In this document: positions 27,550 through 41,000 of the stretch, one piece after another
Numbering within the stretch: the first letter of the stretch is position 1
Layout: every line of letters begins with the position of its first letter
Assembly (NCBI GenBank): GCA_951406725.2
Contig: OX597815.1
Span: 87,110,001 to 87,174,000 of the forward strand
DNA from: Octopus vulgaris
Taxonomy: Eukaryota
Length of the DNA: 64,000 bases
Direction: 5' to 3'
Translations under genes and position numbers: made by a program
The notes under the pieces: generated by a model
The model's database searches: none
What the model was told of the DNA's origin: nothing
What the model saw: the letters and a program-made list of their open reading frames with translations, nothing else

Positions 27550-27905
27550 CTTTTGCTTGTCACAATCATTACTTTGCGGCCATGCTAGGGCACCGCCTTG
27601 AAGGGCTTAGTTGAACAAATCGAACACAGTACTTTTTTAAGCTTCGTGCTTATTCTGTCAGTTTACATGGACGTAAACAAACCAACACCGGTTGTCAAGT
27701 GGTACACAAACACACACTCACATACACACACACACACGCACACAGATATACATATAAGATGGGTTTCTTTCAGTTTCAAGCTCCCAATTCCACTCACCAG
27801 GCATAGGTCGATCCGGGGTTGTAGTAGAAGACACTTGCCCAAGGCGCACGCAGGGGGACTGAACCCAGAACCATGTAATTGGAAAGCGAACTTCTTACCA
27901 CACAG
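27550..27905 (-). mobile_element. SINE family B
   Basis: Reverse complement of the full family B copy at 35160-35568. Confidence 0.8.
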
Positions 27906-27911
27906 CCCCCT

Positions 27912-27961
<50 letters not shown>

Positions 27962-28017
27962 TGGTTTTAAGCTAGGAATTGAAAGTGCATAATGGTCAAA
28001 GCTTGCAACGGTATTAC

Positions 28018-28062
28018 CTGCTGCTCAGCTGCACTTGTAACAATTTCGTTTACACTTGACAT
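28018..28062 (-). CDS. candidate short first coding exon (MSSVNEIVTSAAEQQ) upstream of the 26106 exon
   Basis: ATG at 28062, 15 codons, donor CAG|GTAATA in phase 0, compatible with the phase-0 acceptor at 26106. Inference from splice signals only. Confidence 0.3.
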
Positions 28063-28388
28063 ATTGAGAAAACATAAACAGCTCTCTTAAATTTTTTGAA
28101 GTCAACTTCACAAACACTTGGGATTCGGGAGAGTAACATATAAATAATTCGGTTTCATGTGTTTTCCTTGAACGAGTTAACTTATAGAGAATTTCCCTGC
28201 CTTTAATTTGTTCAAGCAAAGATTTGAACTCATCATTGCAGATTAACAAAAAGTTCGTCACATTAAATGGAATTTCGCCATTATTGACAACACTAAACTG
28301 TACCACTACATCGTATCTGTTTAAATTTAAGAGTACAAGGTAATTCCGGGACTAAAAACCTGCGGAAATCGCAAATTCATACATTGTA

Positions 28389-29305
28389 TGAGATGCGTTC
28401 AAAAAGTATCAGACTATTTTTTCCTGCCAAAACTAATACTGCGAAAACAAAATCCTTTAGATGGGTGGTGACGCCATCCTTCTCGCGCATTCTCGAAAAG
28501 GTTCGCGCCGGTAGGCCGTGTCAGTTCCCGGCTGTTACGCCTAGAGTACAGACGTATAGTGCGCGCTCGTCGGAATTTTCGTTTTCACGCAAGATGACCG
28601 AACGCATCGAGTTCGATATTGCATCAAGTTTTGCCAAAAGCTTCGTGATACTCTGGCTCAAACCATCCAGAAGATTCAGCATACCTTTGGCGATGATACC
28701 ATGGGCAAAACTCGGATCAAGGAGTGGTACAACTGCTTCAAATATGACCGCACCTCAGTGGAGAGCGAGATACGCTCATACAAGCCATCCACAAGCCGAA
28801 ACGATAAGCCGATTGAGAGGGTTCGGCGAATACTCATGGAAAACCGTCGAATAACAATCCAGGAAATTGCTCACAAAGTGGGAATAAAAGCACAGGATCA
28901 GTGCATTCTATTTCAACGAAGGATTTGTGCATGCGGTGAATGTCGGCGAAATTCGTCCCCAAGGTTCTGGTAGAGCAGCAGAAACAACTCCGCATGGGAA
29001 TCGCTCACGACATGCTGGATTGTACAAACCACGACCCAAACTTCATGAAGACCATCATCACTGATGATGAGACGTGGGTTTATGATCCCTGCTCGATGCG
29101 TTCGATCATCTTGAGTGAAAGCAAAAATCCGATCAACGCCCGTACTCTAGGCATAACAGCCAGAAACTGATGTGGCCTGACCAGCGCGAAAATTTTCACG
29201 CATAAGCAAGAATGGTGGCTTCACCTCCCATCCGAAGGATATTGCCCACCCGGCATTAGTTTTGGCGGGGAAAAATAAAATCGGATGCTTTTTGAACGTA
29301 TCTTG
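28389..29305 (+). mobile_element. non-autonomous mariner (~917 bp) whose 3' end is replaced by an inverted copy of the 5' end
   Basis: TA-flanked TIRs. The transposase runs from MTERIE..CIKFCQKL to IITDDETWVYDP and then breaks off. 29090-29305 is reverse-complementary to 28389-28613. Confidence 0.9.
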
Positions 29306-30189
29306 TATATTCTATTCTAACTCAGTCGTCACCATTTATTTCTATTAATTTATTTTCATTTTGCACGTGGGTTGACTGAGAGATAAAAAGATATTGAAGT
29401 GAAATAATTTCAACCAGGGATTGAAACTGTATCGCTGCCTCAGTCAAAAGACGCTGTAGTTGAGGAATCTATTACGCTAAGAAATGGCAAAACGAATGCG
29501 TGCGTTAAGGTAATTAACTCCACTTCATATCAAAGATAGTTATTTCCCTTAAATTTCCAAAATACTCGCGTTTCTGAAATTGGTGTTTTATTTGCGCACA
29601 TCGTGTAAATCAAATAAACATGATATAACATTTAGCACTTTAGTAAAACTCTGTTGAAGAAGTAAATGAATGGTTTTAATGCAGTACTAGACTTTACTGA
29701 TGCTTTCTGTTTTATGTTTGTTTGTTTTTTTTGTTTGTTTTTTCATTGACCATGAAGAAATAACAGGAGATGGATTCGGTTTGGTTTGAACCCAGAAAAT
29801 GAAAAGATGTAAAAAAAATAATATTCGAAGGTAATATGTACGAAGCTCTTCTGTTTTCGCTTATGGTACGCATGCGCGCGCGCAGACATACAATCGCACA
29901 CACGCACACAAACACGTACGCACACACACACACACATACACACACGCATACATATAATACACCTTCATGCACAAACACAAGCACGTGCATACACAACCAC
30001 GCACACCACACATATGCATGTGTGGGCATATGTGTGGTGTGTGCGTGTGTATGTGTGTGTGTGTGTGATATATGTGTATGTGTAATATATATGTATGAGT
30101 AATATATGTGTATGTCTAATATATGTGTATAAATGTGTATCTATATATGAATACATGTAAACACAGACAGACATGCATGCAAGCAATCA

Positions 30190-30527
<338 letters not shown>

Positions 30528-31129
30528 CGTATTATTTTATTCTTTCGCTGGTTTTCACTCACTTAAGCCAAAGAGTATTAGTTGCTTTTATCGATCCCAG
30601 TACTTATTTTATTGACAACCAGTCGTCGAACCGCTAAGTTATTAGACAGAAACAAACAGCACCTGTTACTGAGTGATGTGAAAGTAAACATGGGGTCAGA
30701 CACAAGCAAACACTCACGCTTAGAAACACAGGTATACACAGACACACGTACATAACACCCAGGTACAGACACATATATACGTACACACACACATACATGC
30801 ACATACAAACACACACAGTACTTACTATTTCATTCATACACTATTTCATTCAACTGCTGTTTTCCACACTACGTAGCCTCCATTCCTCTTTTTCCCTTTC
30901 TCTTTCACACACACACACATACACACATACACACATACACACACACACATGCGCGCACACATGCATATACACATACATACACACACTCACACACACGCAC
31001 AAACGAGTGCGCGTGCAAACATATGCAAACAGACATTCAAGTAAATATACGCATACAATTGCATACGCGACCACCATCATGACACCATCATCAACCAACT
31101 CCACACACACACACATACTCACACATACA

Positions 31130-31186
<57 letters not shown>

Positions 31187-32137
31187 ACAAAGATCTAAAG
31201 ACACCAAGCGAGAGACCATCTATGTAGACGATACCCCGCCTGCTAGAAAAGGCGATCGAATTTCCCTGAAATTATACCCTGCCATCCTAGAAAAAAAATA
31301 TTTTGATAACGGTACTGGATGAATTGTCTAAAAATATAATGGGATGACCACAGCTCGAACTCTTTGACCATAAGTCTACTGAAGCGATATTGTCCTGGAA
31401 TTAAACAACAACACTAACACTTATTCATAAGGAGTTGCATAACCAACATTTTCATATCATCATCTGTCGCTGACAACACATTTGCACACGTGCGCAACCT
31501 CCTCTATGAAACACACCATACACGCTCATATATGCTCACACATACGCATACACACATGCACGTGCACTCGCGCAAACGAGAACACACGCACACACACATA
31601 CACACACGCACACTTAAAAACACATTGATAGCGGCAACCAAATAGCCGACATCTTGACACCATCATCTATATTACCATAACGCTAATAATTCGCTTATCA
31701 CAAACATACCACACGCATTCACACACATAACTTACACATACGCACACACACGCACGCACACTCAACCAAACAAGTAAGGACATAACCGCCATCTTGACAC
31801 GATCATCGTCAAAACCGCCAGCACCACCCTACGCCATGTGTAGTCTCTACCAGCACCGCTATCAATTCACCAACTCAAACTACTTTCGTATAATTAACTC
31901 AGCCAACGATCTTTGAATGAAAATATAACACAAAACAGTTGAGATGTTTTATCGTTTGACAAACGTGCGTCTGTGCTTGGCTGTGTATTTGTATATGTGT
32001 GTGTGAACTCACTCCTTCTCTCTTTATACATGTGTGTATACGCATGAATTTTCTGCTGCTTTAAATAAAGTATATATATATTGAGAGAGAGAAAAAGATA
32101 TATATATATATATATATATACACACACCTGTCCACCT

Positions 32138-32313
32138 GTGGCCATGCTGGAGCACCGCCTTTTAGTCGAAGAAATCGACCCCTGGACTTATTCTTTGTAA
32201 GCCCGGTACTTACGCTATCGGACTCTTTTGCCGAACCGCTAAGTTACGGGGACGTAAACAGACCAACGTCAGTTGTCAAGTGATGGTGGAGGGACAAACG
32301 CAGACACAAACAC

Positions 32314-32368
<55 letters not shown>

Positions 32369-32435
32369 TACGTACGCATGTGTGTGTGTATACGACAGGC
32401 TACCAAATCCACTAAGAAGGCTTTGGTCGGTCCGA
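32138..32435 (-). mobile_element. SINE family B (5'-truncated)
   Basis: gtggccatgctggagcaccgcc...ccgaaccgctaagttacggggacgtaaac...aaggctttggtcggtccgagg. Confidence 0.8.
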
Positions 32436-32467
32436 GGAGATAGATAGATAGATAGATAGATAGATAT

Positions 32468-32532
<65 letters not shown>

Positions 32533-32554
32533 CAGATAGATAGACAGACAGTCA

Positions 32555-32960
32555 TAGGCACAGACGTGACTGTATGGTAAGAAGTTTGCTTCTTCAACCC
32601 ATATGGTTCTGGGTTCAGTCCCACAATTTGGCACCTTGGGCAAGTGTCCTCTACTCTAACCGACCTATGGGCTGACCTATGGCTTGTTATTGTATTTAGT
32701 AGACGGAAACTGAAAGAAGCCTGCTATACAAGTGTGTGTGTTTGACTATTTCTTTATCCCTGACCACTGCTTCAGAACCGGTATTGGCGTGTTTATGTCC
32801 CCGTAACTTAGCAGTTCTGCAAAAAGTGACCGATAGAATAAACTGACGTTGAGATGTTCGACCGAACACTTTAAGGTCTAAGATCGATTCTTTCGAATAA
32901 AATTCACCAATGTCGTACCCCAGCATGGTAACATGGCTGCAGTCTAATGAATGAAAAAAC
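32555..32960 (+). mobile_element. SINE family B
   Basis: Head gtgactgtatggtaagaagtttgcttc...gggttcagtcc, core ggcaccttgggcaagtgtc, tail ccagcatgg...gcagtctaatga. Confidence 0.8.
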
Positions 32961-33239
32961 TCAAAAAATTTTACATATATATATATATAACTTTTTAAGA
33001 GTTTTTTTTTTTTTTTAGTTGAACAAATCAGCCTCAGTATTTATTCTTAAATGTCTGATATTTATTTTAACCGTTAAGTTACAGAGATGTAAACAAACTA
33101 TTATCGGTTGTTTGTCGAGCCGTGTGGAGACAGACACAAACACAAAGACACACACACATACATACATATACATATGCGCGCGCGTGTGTGTGTTGTGTGT
33201 GTGTGTGTGTGTGTTGTTTATGTGGTTACATTCCAAAAT

Positions 33240-33450
33240 GTAACCGCATGTGGACTGTGGGCGATTTTTTTCCTCCGTCCGCCTTTTCTCTTGGACTTAC
33301 TTCTCTCACCTGTTTTTGAAGAAGAGCTTTGCTCGAAATGTAAAACACCCTTTCTTCCCTTCTCTGGGCGTCTTATTAATACTTTACATGTACTACGTCC
33401 TCCCGTTGTAGTTGTTTTTTTTTGTTATCCCTTTTTCTCGATTTTTTTCT
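33240..33450 (+). mobile_element. PLE-terminus-like hammerhead element (same family as 12968 and 14277)
   Basis: tgttt-ttgaaga-a-GAGC-ttt-GCTC-gaaat-gta-aaaca, with stem I tgttt/aaaca. Followed by the shared tail and (TA)n. Confidence 0.65.
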
Positions 33451-33476
33451 TAATTATATACATATATATATATATA

Positions 33477-34721
33477 TCTTGATAATACTAAAACTCTAGG
33501 GATGTTTGTGCGTAATTGAAATATCTCGGAAATAGTATATTTTATCTTATTTTTTTTTACATATTTATTTTTATACTTACCTTCGGCAGTACAGTACAAA
33601 TTTTTGTGACATTTGAACCTCTATTTAAGCGATTAAACAATTTTTTTGTTATTTCTTGATGAAAAAATGCATGGCTTCCATGGCGTCAACACACATACAT
33701 ATATACAGAAGACACAAACATATAATGAATGTCATGGCGTGTCAATCAACACAAACTCACGTTCGCTATCTGTGATATGTACACACACATTGTCTTCGCG
33801 CTCTCTAAGAAAAATAACCTTTTTGATGTACACAACAATCTTTTCTACTCTAGACACAAGACCCGAAATTTTTGGCCAGTCGATTAGATCGGCCCCAGTA
33901 CGCAACTGGTACTTAATTTATCGTCCCTGAAAGGATGAAAGGCAAAGTCGACTTCGACGGAATTCGAACTTAGAACATAAAGACAAACGAAATACCGCTA
34001 AGTATTTCATCCGGCGTGCTAACGTTTCTGCCAGCTCACCGCCTTGACGTATACGAGATTTTAATCATTTAGAAATATTTTTAATTGAATGTGATTTCAT
34101 CATCCGGTGTTCGTTAATTTCCGTAATTTTTTTTTTTATTTACTTTTGTTTTAAAGTGAAAGAAAGCAGAAAGTGAAAGATGTACGTACATGCATATGAC
34201 ATGGATGTGTGTGTGTGAAAGAGAGAGAAAGAGAGAGAGAGATAGAGAGAAAGAGAGAGAGAAAGAGAGAAAAAAGAGAGACAGAGTGAATGAAGGGGTG
34301 TGTTGTCATTTACACGGACATACATCAATACATTTGCATACATCTTTTTTGTATGTACGTATGCATGTGTATGTGTGTGTGTGAGTGAGTGGGTGAACGT
34401 GTGCGTTCTCATGTATGTGTAAGTGGCACACTCTCTCTGTCTCTCTGTCACACACACACACACAAACACACACGTCCATTTCATATACACGTTCACACAG
34501 TTCACTTTCTCCTCTCACTTTAAAACAAAAGTAACAGGTGATTTTTGAAAAAGACTTCTACTCACGTAAATTGATTACTATTGTTTGGATAGTTCCAATT
34601 AAATAAGTCCAGAAGCTAGGTTAAATATATATACATGCATAAGTACCGTGAATTCCCATTCTACAAACAGGCAAACAATTCCGTGAATATTTTACCGAGC
34701 AAGGCTAGGTAGTAAGTCTAG
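33477..34721 (+). mobile_element. probable non-autonomous Helitron (with nested SINE A and an internal inverted repeat)
   Basis: The 3' end has hairpin accgagc-aag-gctaggt then ...CTAG|T. The putative 5' end is A|TC at 33477; the 5' boundary is uncertain. Confidence 0.45.
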
Positions 34722-34771
34722 TATATATATATATATATATATATCTTTCTTTTGTTATCTTACCGTTTTTA

Positions 34772-34823
<52 letters not shown>

Positions 34824-35159
34824 GGATGTGGGTTGCTGGGTGTGTGTACGTCGGACCTCTTTCTGTTTCCGTCTACCAAATCAACTCACAACGCATTCGT
34901 TGACCCGGAGCTATTGTATAACACAAGCAGTGAACCCGAAACAAGGTGATGGCGAAGTAAACTTCTTACCACACAGTTATACCTGCGCCTGAACACAACC
35001 ATGTCTGACTCTCCACACTGTTATGCTCACCTATCTAATTCATTGTTATATCATCTATAATCGAATCATTGATATATAAGTTATATTAAACATAGCTACA
35101 TCATACATCTATAATACATTAAACATGGCCACATTGCATGGCCATCACATACGGTCGCA

Positions 35160-35568
35160 TCAGGAGTGGCTGTGTGGTAAGAAGCTTGCTTCCCCAACCA
35201 CATGGTCCCGGGTTCACTTCCACTGCGTGGCACCTTGGGTAATTTTCTTTTACTATAGCCTCGGACCGACCAAAGCCTTGTGGGTGGATTTGGCAGACGG
35301 AAACTGATAGAAGCCCGTCATATATATATATGAGCGTGTGTGTGTGTGTGTGTTTGTGTGTCTGTGTTTGTCCCTCCCACCATCGCTTGACAACCGATGT
35401 TGGTGTGTTTTCGTCCCCGTAACTTATCGGTTTGCCAAAACACACCGATAGAATAAGTACTAGGCTTACAAAAAATAATAAGTCCTGGAGTTGATTTGTT
35501 CGACTAAAGTCGGTACTCCAGCATGGCCGCAGTCAAATGACTGAAACAAGTAAAAGAATAAAAGAATA
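35160..35568 (+). mobile_element. SINE family B, full length
   Basis: tRNA-like head (ggagtggctgtgtggtaagaagc...gggttcacttcc), internal (TA)/(TG) tract, tail ccagcatggccgcagtcaaatgactgaaacaagtaaaagaataaaagaat. At least eight related copies occur in the window. Confidence 0.88.
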
Positions 35569-35955
35569 TATCTTAGATTTAATAAAAATACTACCTAAAG
35601 CTGACCAAATTCAACAAGCAGATCGTGTCTATCTCTCTCTCTGAGCTGTTGGCAATGTTGACATTCAAATCAATATTTTTCATGAAATGATGTTTAATTG
35701 CAGTAAACAGCATGAATAAAATAGTCTGGCTTTCCAATAAACAAAACTGCCAAACTGGTCTATAAACTTTAATTTAATGCTATTTTAATTTAAAAGAATT
35801 CGGAAAGTAATTCACGAGCAAATTTCCATCTGACTATTGTGTGTGTGTGTGCGTGCGCAAACAAGTGTGTGTGCGTGCGCAAACAAGTGTGTGTGTGTGT
35901 GTGTGTTGATAGATAGATAGATAGATAGATAGATAGAAAGATTTGTATACATATA

Positions 35956-36005
<50 letters not shown>

Positions 36006-36092
36006 TATTATATAGAAGGAGCTTCTACAGGACTAGTACTGTTTCATAAGTACTTACTTACTGTGGTTAACCCCGAATCCACCGGGACCTAC

Positions 36093-36126
<34 letters not shown>

Positions 36127-36292
36127 ACACACACACATATATATATATACATTTATATGTATATATAAGCATATGTATGTGAGTATGTATGCATGCATGT
36201 ATGTATGTATGTATGTATACATGTCTATTACAAACATTTCCCAACATGTTCTTCCCCATAAAGATTATACACACAAAATATGGAGTCCTTAC

Positions 36293-37286
36293 CTTCAGAA
36301 TAATAGTTGTTGGTTTGCTCACCATAATTCTCATTGACGTGAAATTCACTGAAATTGCCATTAATTTCTTCCCCTTCGACATAGTCTCCATTGCGTAGGG
36401 TCCAAGCTTTCTGGATATCTTGTATTTGATCCATAGCTTCATTAGCCAGAGATTTCTGAAAGATTTGTATGTTTTTGGTCAAAATCACAGGTTTTGGTAC
36501 ACATTCTCTAGACGGGTGTTTCATTTTATTTACATCAATTGGTACTCTTCCAATTAGAGAAATAAAAGTTCCTGAGGATCTTGTTGAAGTATTCCTGTTT
36601 AGTATATATACCGGCCCGATAGCAGATAATTTCAGATTACTAACTAAAGAATGCGCGGGGCTTTCCGGTCGAATTTTAAGCTTTGGTTGTGTTGTTTGAC
36701 CAGCGGTAATTGAATAGCTATCTTCTTGGAAGTCAAGATATTGAGGTCGATAAGAAACTTTGGAATTGAGCACTGCTGGTTGGCTTGGACAAGTAGCATT
36801 TTCAATTTCCTTTCGCATATCATTTCTACTAGGATGGTTCATGATTCGATTCTTTTCATCATTATATGGCATTCTTAGAGGATAACCATCATTATATCCT
36901 CCACTCAAGGCCCTTCCATCCGAACTATAGCCAGATACAACAGTCATATCTAGATCACCTATATCATTATTCTGTTCAGACGGACAAACTGAAGACAATT
37001 GGACATCACATTGGTCAAATTCCCCCGTACTAGAAGCCACTATTGTTTCATAAGGTTCTGGATAGTACGTGATATCACGAGATTCACGGAAATGCACGAA
37101 TTTTTTAGTGTCATTTGACTTTCTTCTTAGAACTATGTTGTCATTGACCTCAAGAACTTCTTCATTGTAATGTGTCGTACTTGGAGCCGGCATTGAAAAC
37201 TCTGTTCTCATGATGCCATGGGCCGGTTTAGGTGGTGGATTTGAGGCATATTCTCCTGCAAAACTGTGATATCCATCGATATCCAT
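36293..37286 (-). CDS. large first coding exon (331 codons) of an unidentified gene
   Basis: Longest non-repetitive ORF in the window (MDIDGYHSFAGEY...NNYYSE). An in-frame TGA lies four codons before the ATG. Strong acceptor ttttctctctag| at 37381-37382 and canonical donor GAAG|GTAAGG after 36293 (phase 1). No domain recognised. Confidence 0.8.
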
Positions 37287-37929
37287 TGTAATTAATCAAA
37301 CTCGTCCTCCACGTTAGTTTCTGTTCCAAGGAAACGATTCTAACTCCATTGCAGAAAATTCAGGCAGCTGAGTTGGTCGACTAGAGAGAAAATTAAGTTC
37401 TTTATGTAGCCGGCCGTGAAATTTTTAGTATCGGTAAATAAAATGATGGCAATTATGGTAACAATATCTTCTGTTGTGATAACAATAGCAGTTACATCGA
37501 TAATGAAGACAGCAATAACACCACTAATAAATAATGGCAGCGGTTACAAAGCAAAATTCCGTCAGTATCAACAATAGCGTTAAAATTCTCAGTAATAACA
37601 TCAAAACTTTCCAGCAATTATGAACAACGATGACAGATAACAATATCAAAACAAGTGTAGCTAGAACAGTAGCGAAAACAATCATAATAACCACAATAAC
37701 ATCAATATAGTGTTAATAAAACACTGAGTTTGGGTTTTTTGCTAATGATTTTCCAAAACGCGAAAAAATTATTTACAATTCATCTGGAGAAGTGTTTTTT
37801 AACAGCCGAGTCCTCTGTGACATCCTGTGATACGGAGATGTAAAGATATAAAGGGATAAGGTTTCAAACGAGTCAGTCTATTACATAGTCAGGGTCGTCG
37901 TCGTCGTCGTGCCAGACACGATGTTAGTT

Positions 37930-37995
37930 CGTTGACAGGTAACAGCTGTGGTCGCCATTTTGGTGACGTCAGACCACTATTCACAAACCAGGAAA
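37930..37995 (-). promoter_or_regulatory. candidate Pol II promoter motif cluster
   Basis: YY1-type CGCCATTTT (37953-37961, AAAATGGCG on the minus strand), palindromic CRE TGACGTCA (37964-37971), X-box-like GTTGACAGGTAAC (37931-37943) and ETS-like CAGGAA. Lies in a locally CpG-rich patch ~550 bp upstream of the 37380 exon. Confidence 0.45.
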
Positions 37996-38499
37996 TGCAG
38001 ACACCTACATCTACAATTTTGTCCTCTGAAAGCTAGTCAATAGACCCAGGCAGATTGCATTTGTAGATTGAGTTACAAACCGAGATAAAGATGGAGGAGA
38101 ATGAGAGGTAAGGAGGGAAATAGAATGTTAGGAAAAAGATTAAAGAAAAAAAAGAGAAAGAGAGAGACAGTGATAGCTGAAAGAGTGTAGAATTAAAACA
38201 AATATCAAGAAAAGAGACCAATGTGTGATGAAATGTGAGTGGTATAATTCGATAGGGAGAATTAAATGCAGCAGAGCAAACAACAGCAGAGTAAAATTAA
38301 CAGATGCACAGACAGATGAGGATAAAGACCTGTATAAGAAAACGAGAGAGAGGAAGAGAAGGAGTAGGTATATGTGGGAATTTTAAAGGTCAGAAAGAAA
38401 AGAAAGAAACATAAGCGATGAAAGGGAAGAAAGTAAGTACGAAAGAGGGAAAATGGTGGGGGTGCAGACGGTTGTTATTACTGTTAGAAATCAATCATT

Positions 38500-39266
38500 G
38501 CAAAATAGATATAAAGGCTAACATTTGGAAGAGGGTTAAAGTCGATTAAATAGATTTCAGTAATTGAAAGGCAAGATCAACCAAAGCAGGATTTGAACTT
38601 AGAACATAAAAAGTTGTAACTAAATACCATAAAGCATTTTGTGCCACGCATCATACGGATTTCAAATTTTGGCGCAAGGTCAACAATTCTGGGGTAGGGT
38701 TAAGTCGATTACATCGATTCCAGTACTCAGCTGGTGCTTATTTTATCAACCCCGAAAAGATGAAAGGCAAACTCGATCTCGGTGAAATTTGAACTCAGAA
38801 CGTAAAGACAAACGAAATGTCGCTCAGCATTTTGTCCGGTGTGCTTACGATTCTGCCAGCTCGCCGGTTTCTGTCAATAATAATAATGGTTTCAAATTTT
38901 GACACGTCAGCAAGTTCGGAGGATGGGGTAAGTTGATTACATTGACCCCAGCATTCAACTGGTACTTATTTTATCGACCCCGAAAAAGATGAAAGGCAAA
39001 GTCAGCCTCGGCGAAATCTGAACTCAGAAGGTAAAGATGGACGAAATACCTATTTCTTTACTACCCGCAAGGGGCTAAACACAGAAAGGACAAACAAGGA
39101 CAGACAGACGGATTAAGTCGATTATATCGACCCCAGTGCGTAACTGGTACTTATTTAATCAACCCCGAAAGGATGAAAGGCAAAGTCGACCTCGGCAGAA
39201 TTTGAACTCAGAACGTAGCGGCAGACGAAATACCGCTAAGCATTTTGCCCAGCATGCTCACCGCCT
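38500..39266 (-). mobile_element. cluster of SINE family A copies, including a tail A plus tail B dimer
   Basis: Four successive reverse-complement cores (gatgaaaggcaaagtcgacctcggc...). Confidence 0.85.
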
Positions 39267-39780
39267 TGTGCTACGCATCATATTAACGACAGTTTCTCTC
39301 AGATTTAGGAAGGAGGCCGGTCCACTGATTAGGAAACCAACTCTCGATAGCCGAGGCCACCTAGTAATAAATAGGTGGCAGAGAGTGATATAGTTTCACC
39401 ACTGTTAAATAAGTGCCACTAGAAGAAATAATTTCACGACAGCACTGCAGAAATGTTGGATTTCTTTGAATGTTGCGCTAAATTCTCTGCCATGGAAAAC
39501 CTACCCGTGGGGGACTACCATCTCGACCAATAGGGAAAGAAACGTCTATGTTTACCTCCCTTCCACTTAACGTTCACTCTTGCCTCACCTTTATCCTTTT
39601 TCTCTGCTTATTTCCTCACTATTCATTTCTCCCACGTGCATTTCCCACTCTTCTGTCTCATAAATCCACTCCCCTTTCTCTTGTATCTGTTTACCCACTC
39701 TCAATTTTTTTTCCTTTTATCTTGTCACTCCTGCCTACTCAATAACATTCTCTATTTTTACCCTTGCCTCCCCTTCTCTT

Positions 39781-39836
<56 letters not shown>

Positions 39837-39893
39837 TCTGGCGCGCGCGCGCTTTCTGTTGATATCCTATTTATATAGGTTTAAACAGACTTA

Positions 39894-41000
39894 CGAATTG
39901 AGCTCCGAAAGTTTTGAGGCCTTTTAAGGAGAGACAGTTATAACGATCCTTGATAGTAATTTTAATATATCTTTACAAAACATCTAACTTTTCTGTATTC
40001 CAAATTGAAGACCATTGTAACAGCACGTTGAACGCACCCTACTAAATAGTGTTTTTCACAGCTGACTAGTCTGCAGATTATAATCGGGACGTCAAGACAG
40101 TTTGGAATCTAGCTATGCAATAATGTTTTGTGTTAAGCCTGGCAAAAACACTAGAAACTTATGAAATACTCCAGTCTGTTTATAGAGCATCTGTTTTTCG
40201 CTTGCACAAAAGATTCAAGGACGGTAGAGAAAAGGTGAGAGGCGATGAGAAGTGTGGAATGGAGAGGAACGTCAGAACATCAGGGCTGGTTAAGAAAATT
40301 TGCAATTTTCTGGATGAAAAACGTCATGTGTCTATAAAGACAATAAGCGTAGAGTTTGGAGTTGGTGCGACTACTGTACACAGAATTTTTCACGAAGATC
40401 TGAACACGTGTAAAATTTGTGCTAAGTTTGTTCCCAGGACGCTCAGTGACGAACTTCTGTTTGCCACTGAGCGTCCTGGGAAAGACGCGTTAGTGACAGC
40501 AGGGAGATGGTTGAGTACATTACTTCCAGTCCAAGATTACTTGAGTTTTCCGTGACCTGAGACGTAAGCTGGTTCTACTGTTATGATCCCGAGACCAAAA
40601 CACAGAGTGTCCATGGAAGCATCCTGGCTCACCAAATTCAAGAAAGTCCGGCAAAGCAATTCCACTGGGAAGCTCATGATGATTCCTTTTTAAACAGCAA
40701 TGACATCATCTACATCCACTGGCTTCCCTCTGGCCAGACGGTCAACAAAGAGTATTTTGTTGAAGTTTTGAGTGAGTTCGGGAAGATATTTCGTTACAAA
40801 GGCCAGTGCTCTTCCATTTAAGTTGGTGACACCTACACCAGGAAATTGAACCAGTCCACAAATCCATCCTGGTAACCAATTGCTTGACAGAGACGGGCAA
40901 CAAAACTGTCTTTCACCTTCTCTACAACCCAGAACTTACTCCCTGCTATGACTTTTGGTTATTCCCCAAGCTGAAAGAGAACTTCAAGGGTAGTCATTCA
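39894..41000 (+). mobile_element. mariner transposon, decayed, 3' end cut off by an LTR element
   Basis: RASVFRLHKRFKDGRE...KICAKFVPRTL, then WFYCYDPETK, GKLMMI, GQTVNKEY, YNPELTP and DFWLFPKLKE motifs across frameshifts. Confidence 0.88.
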
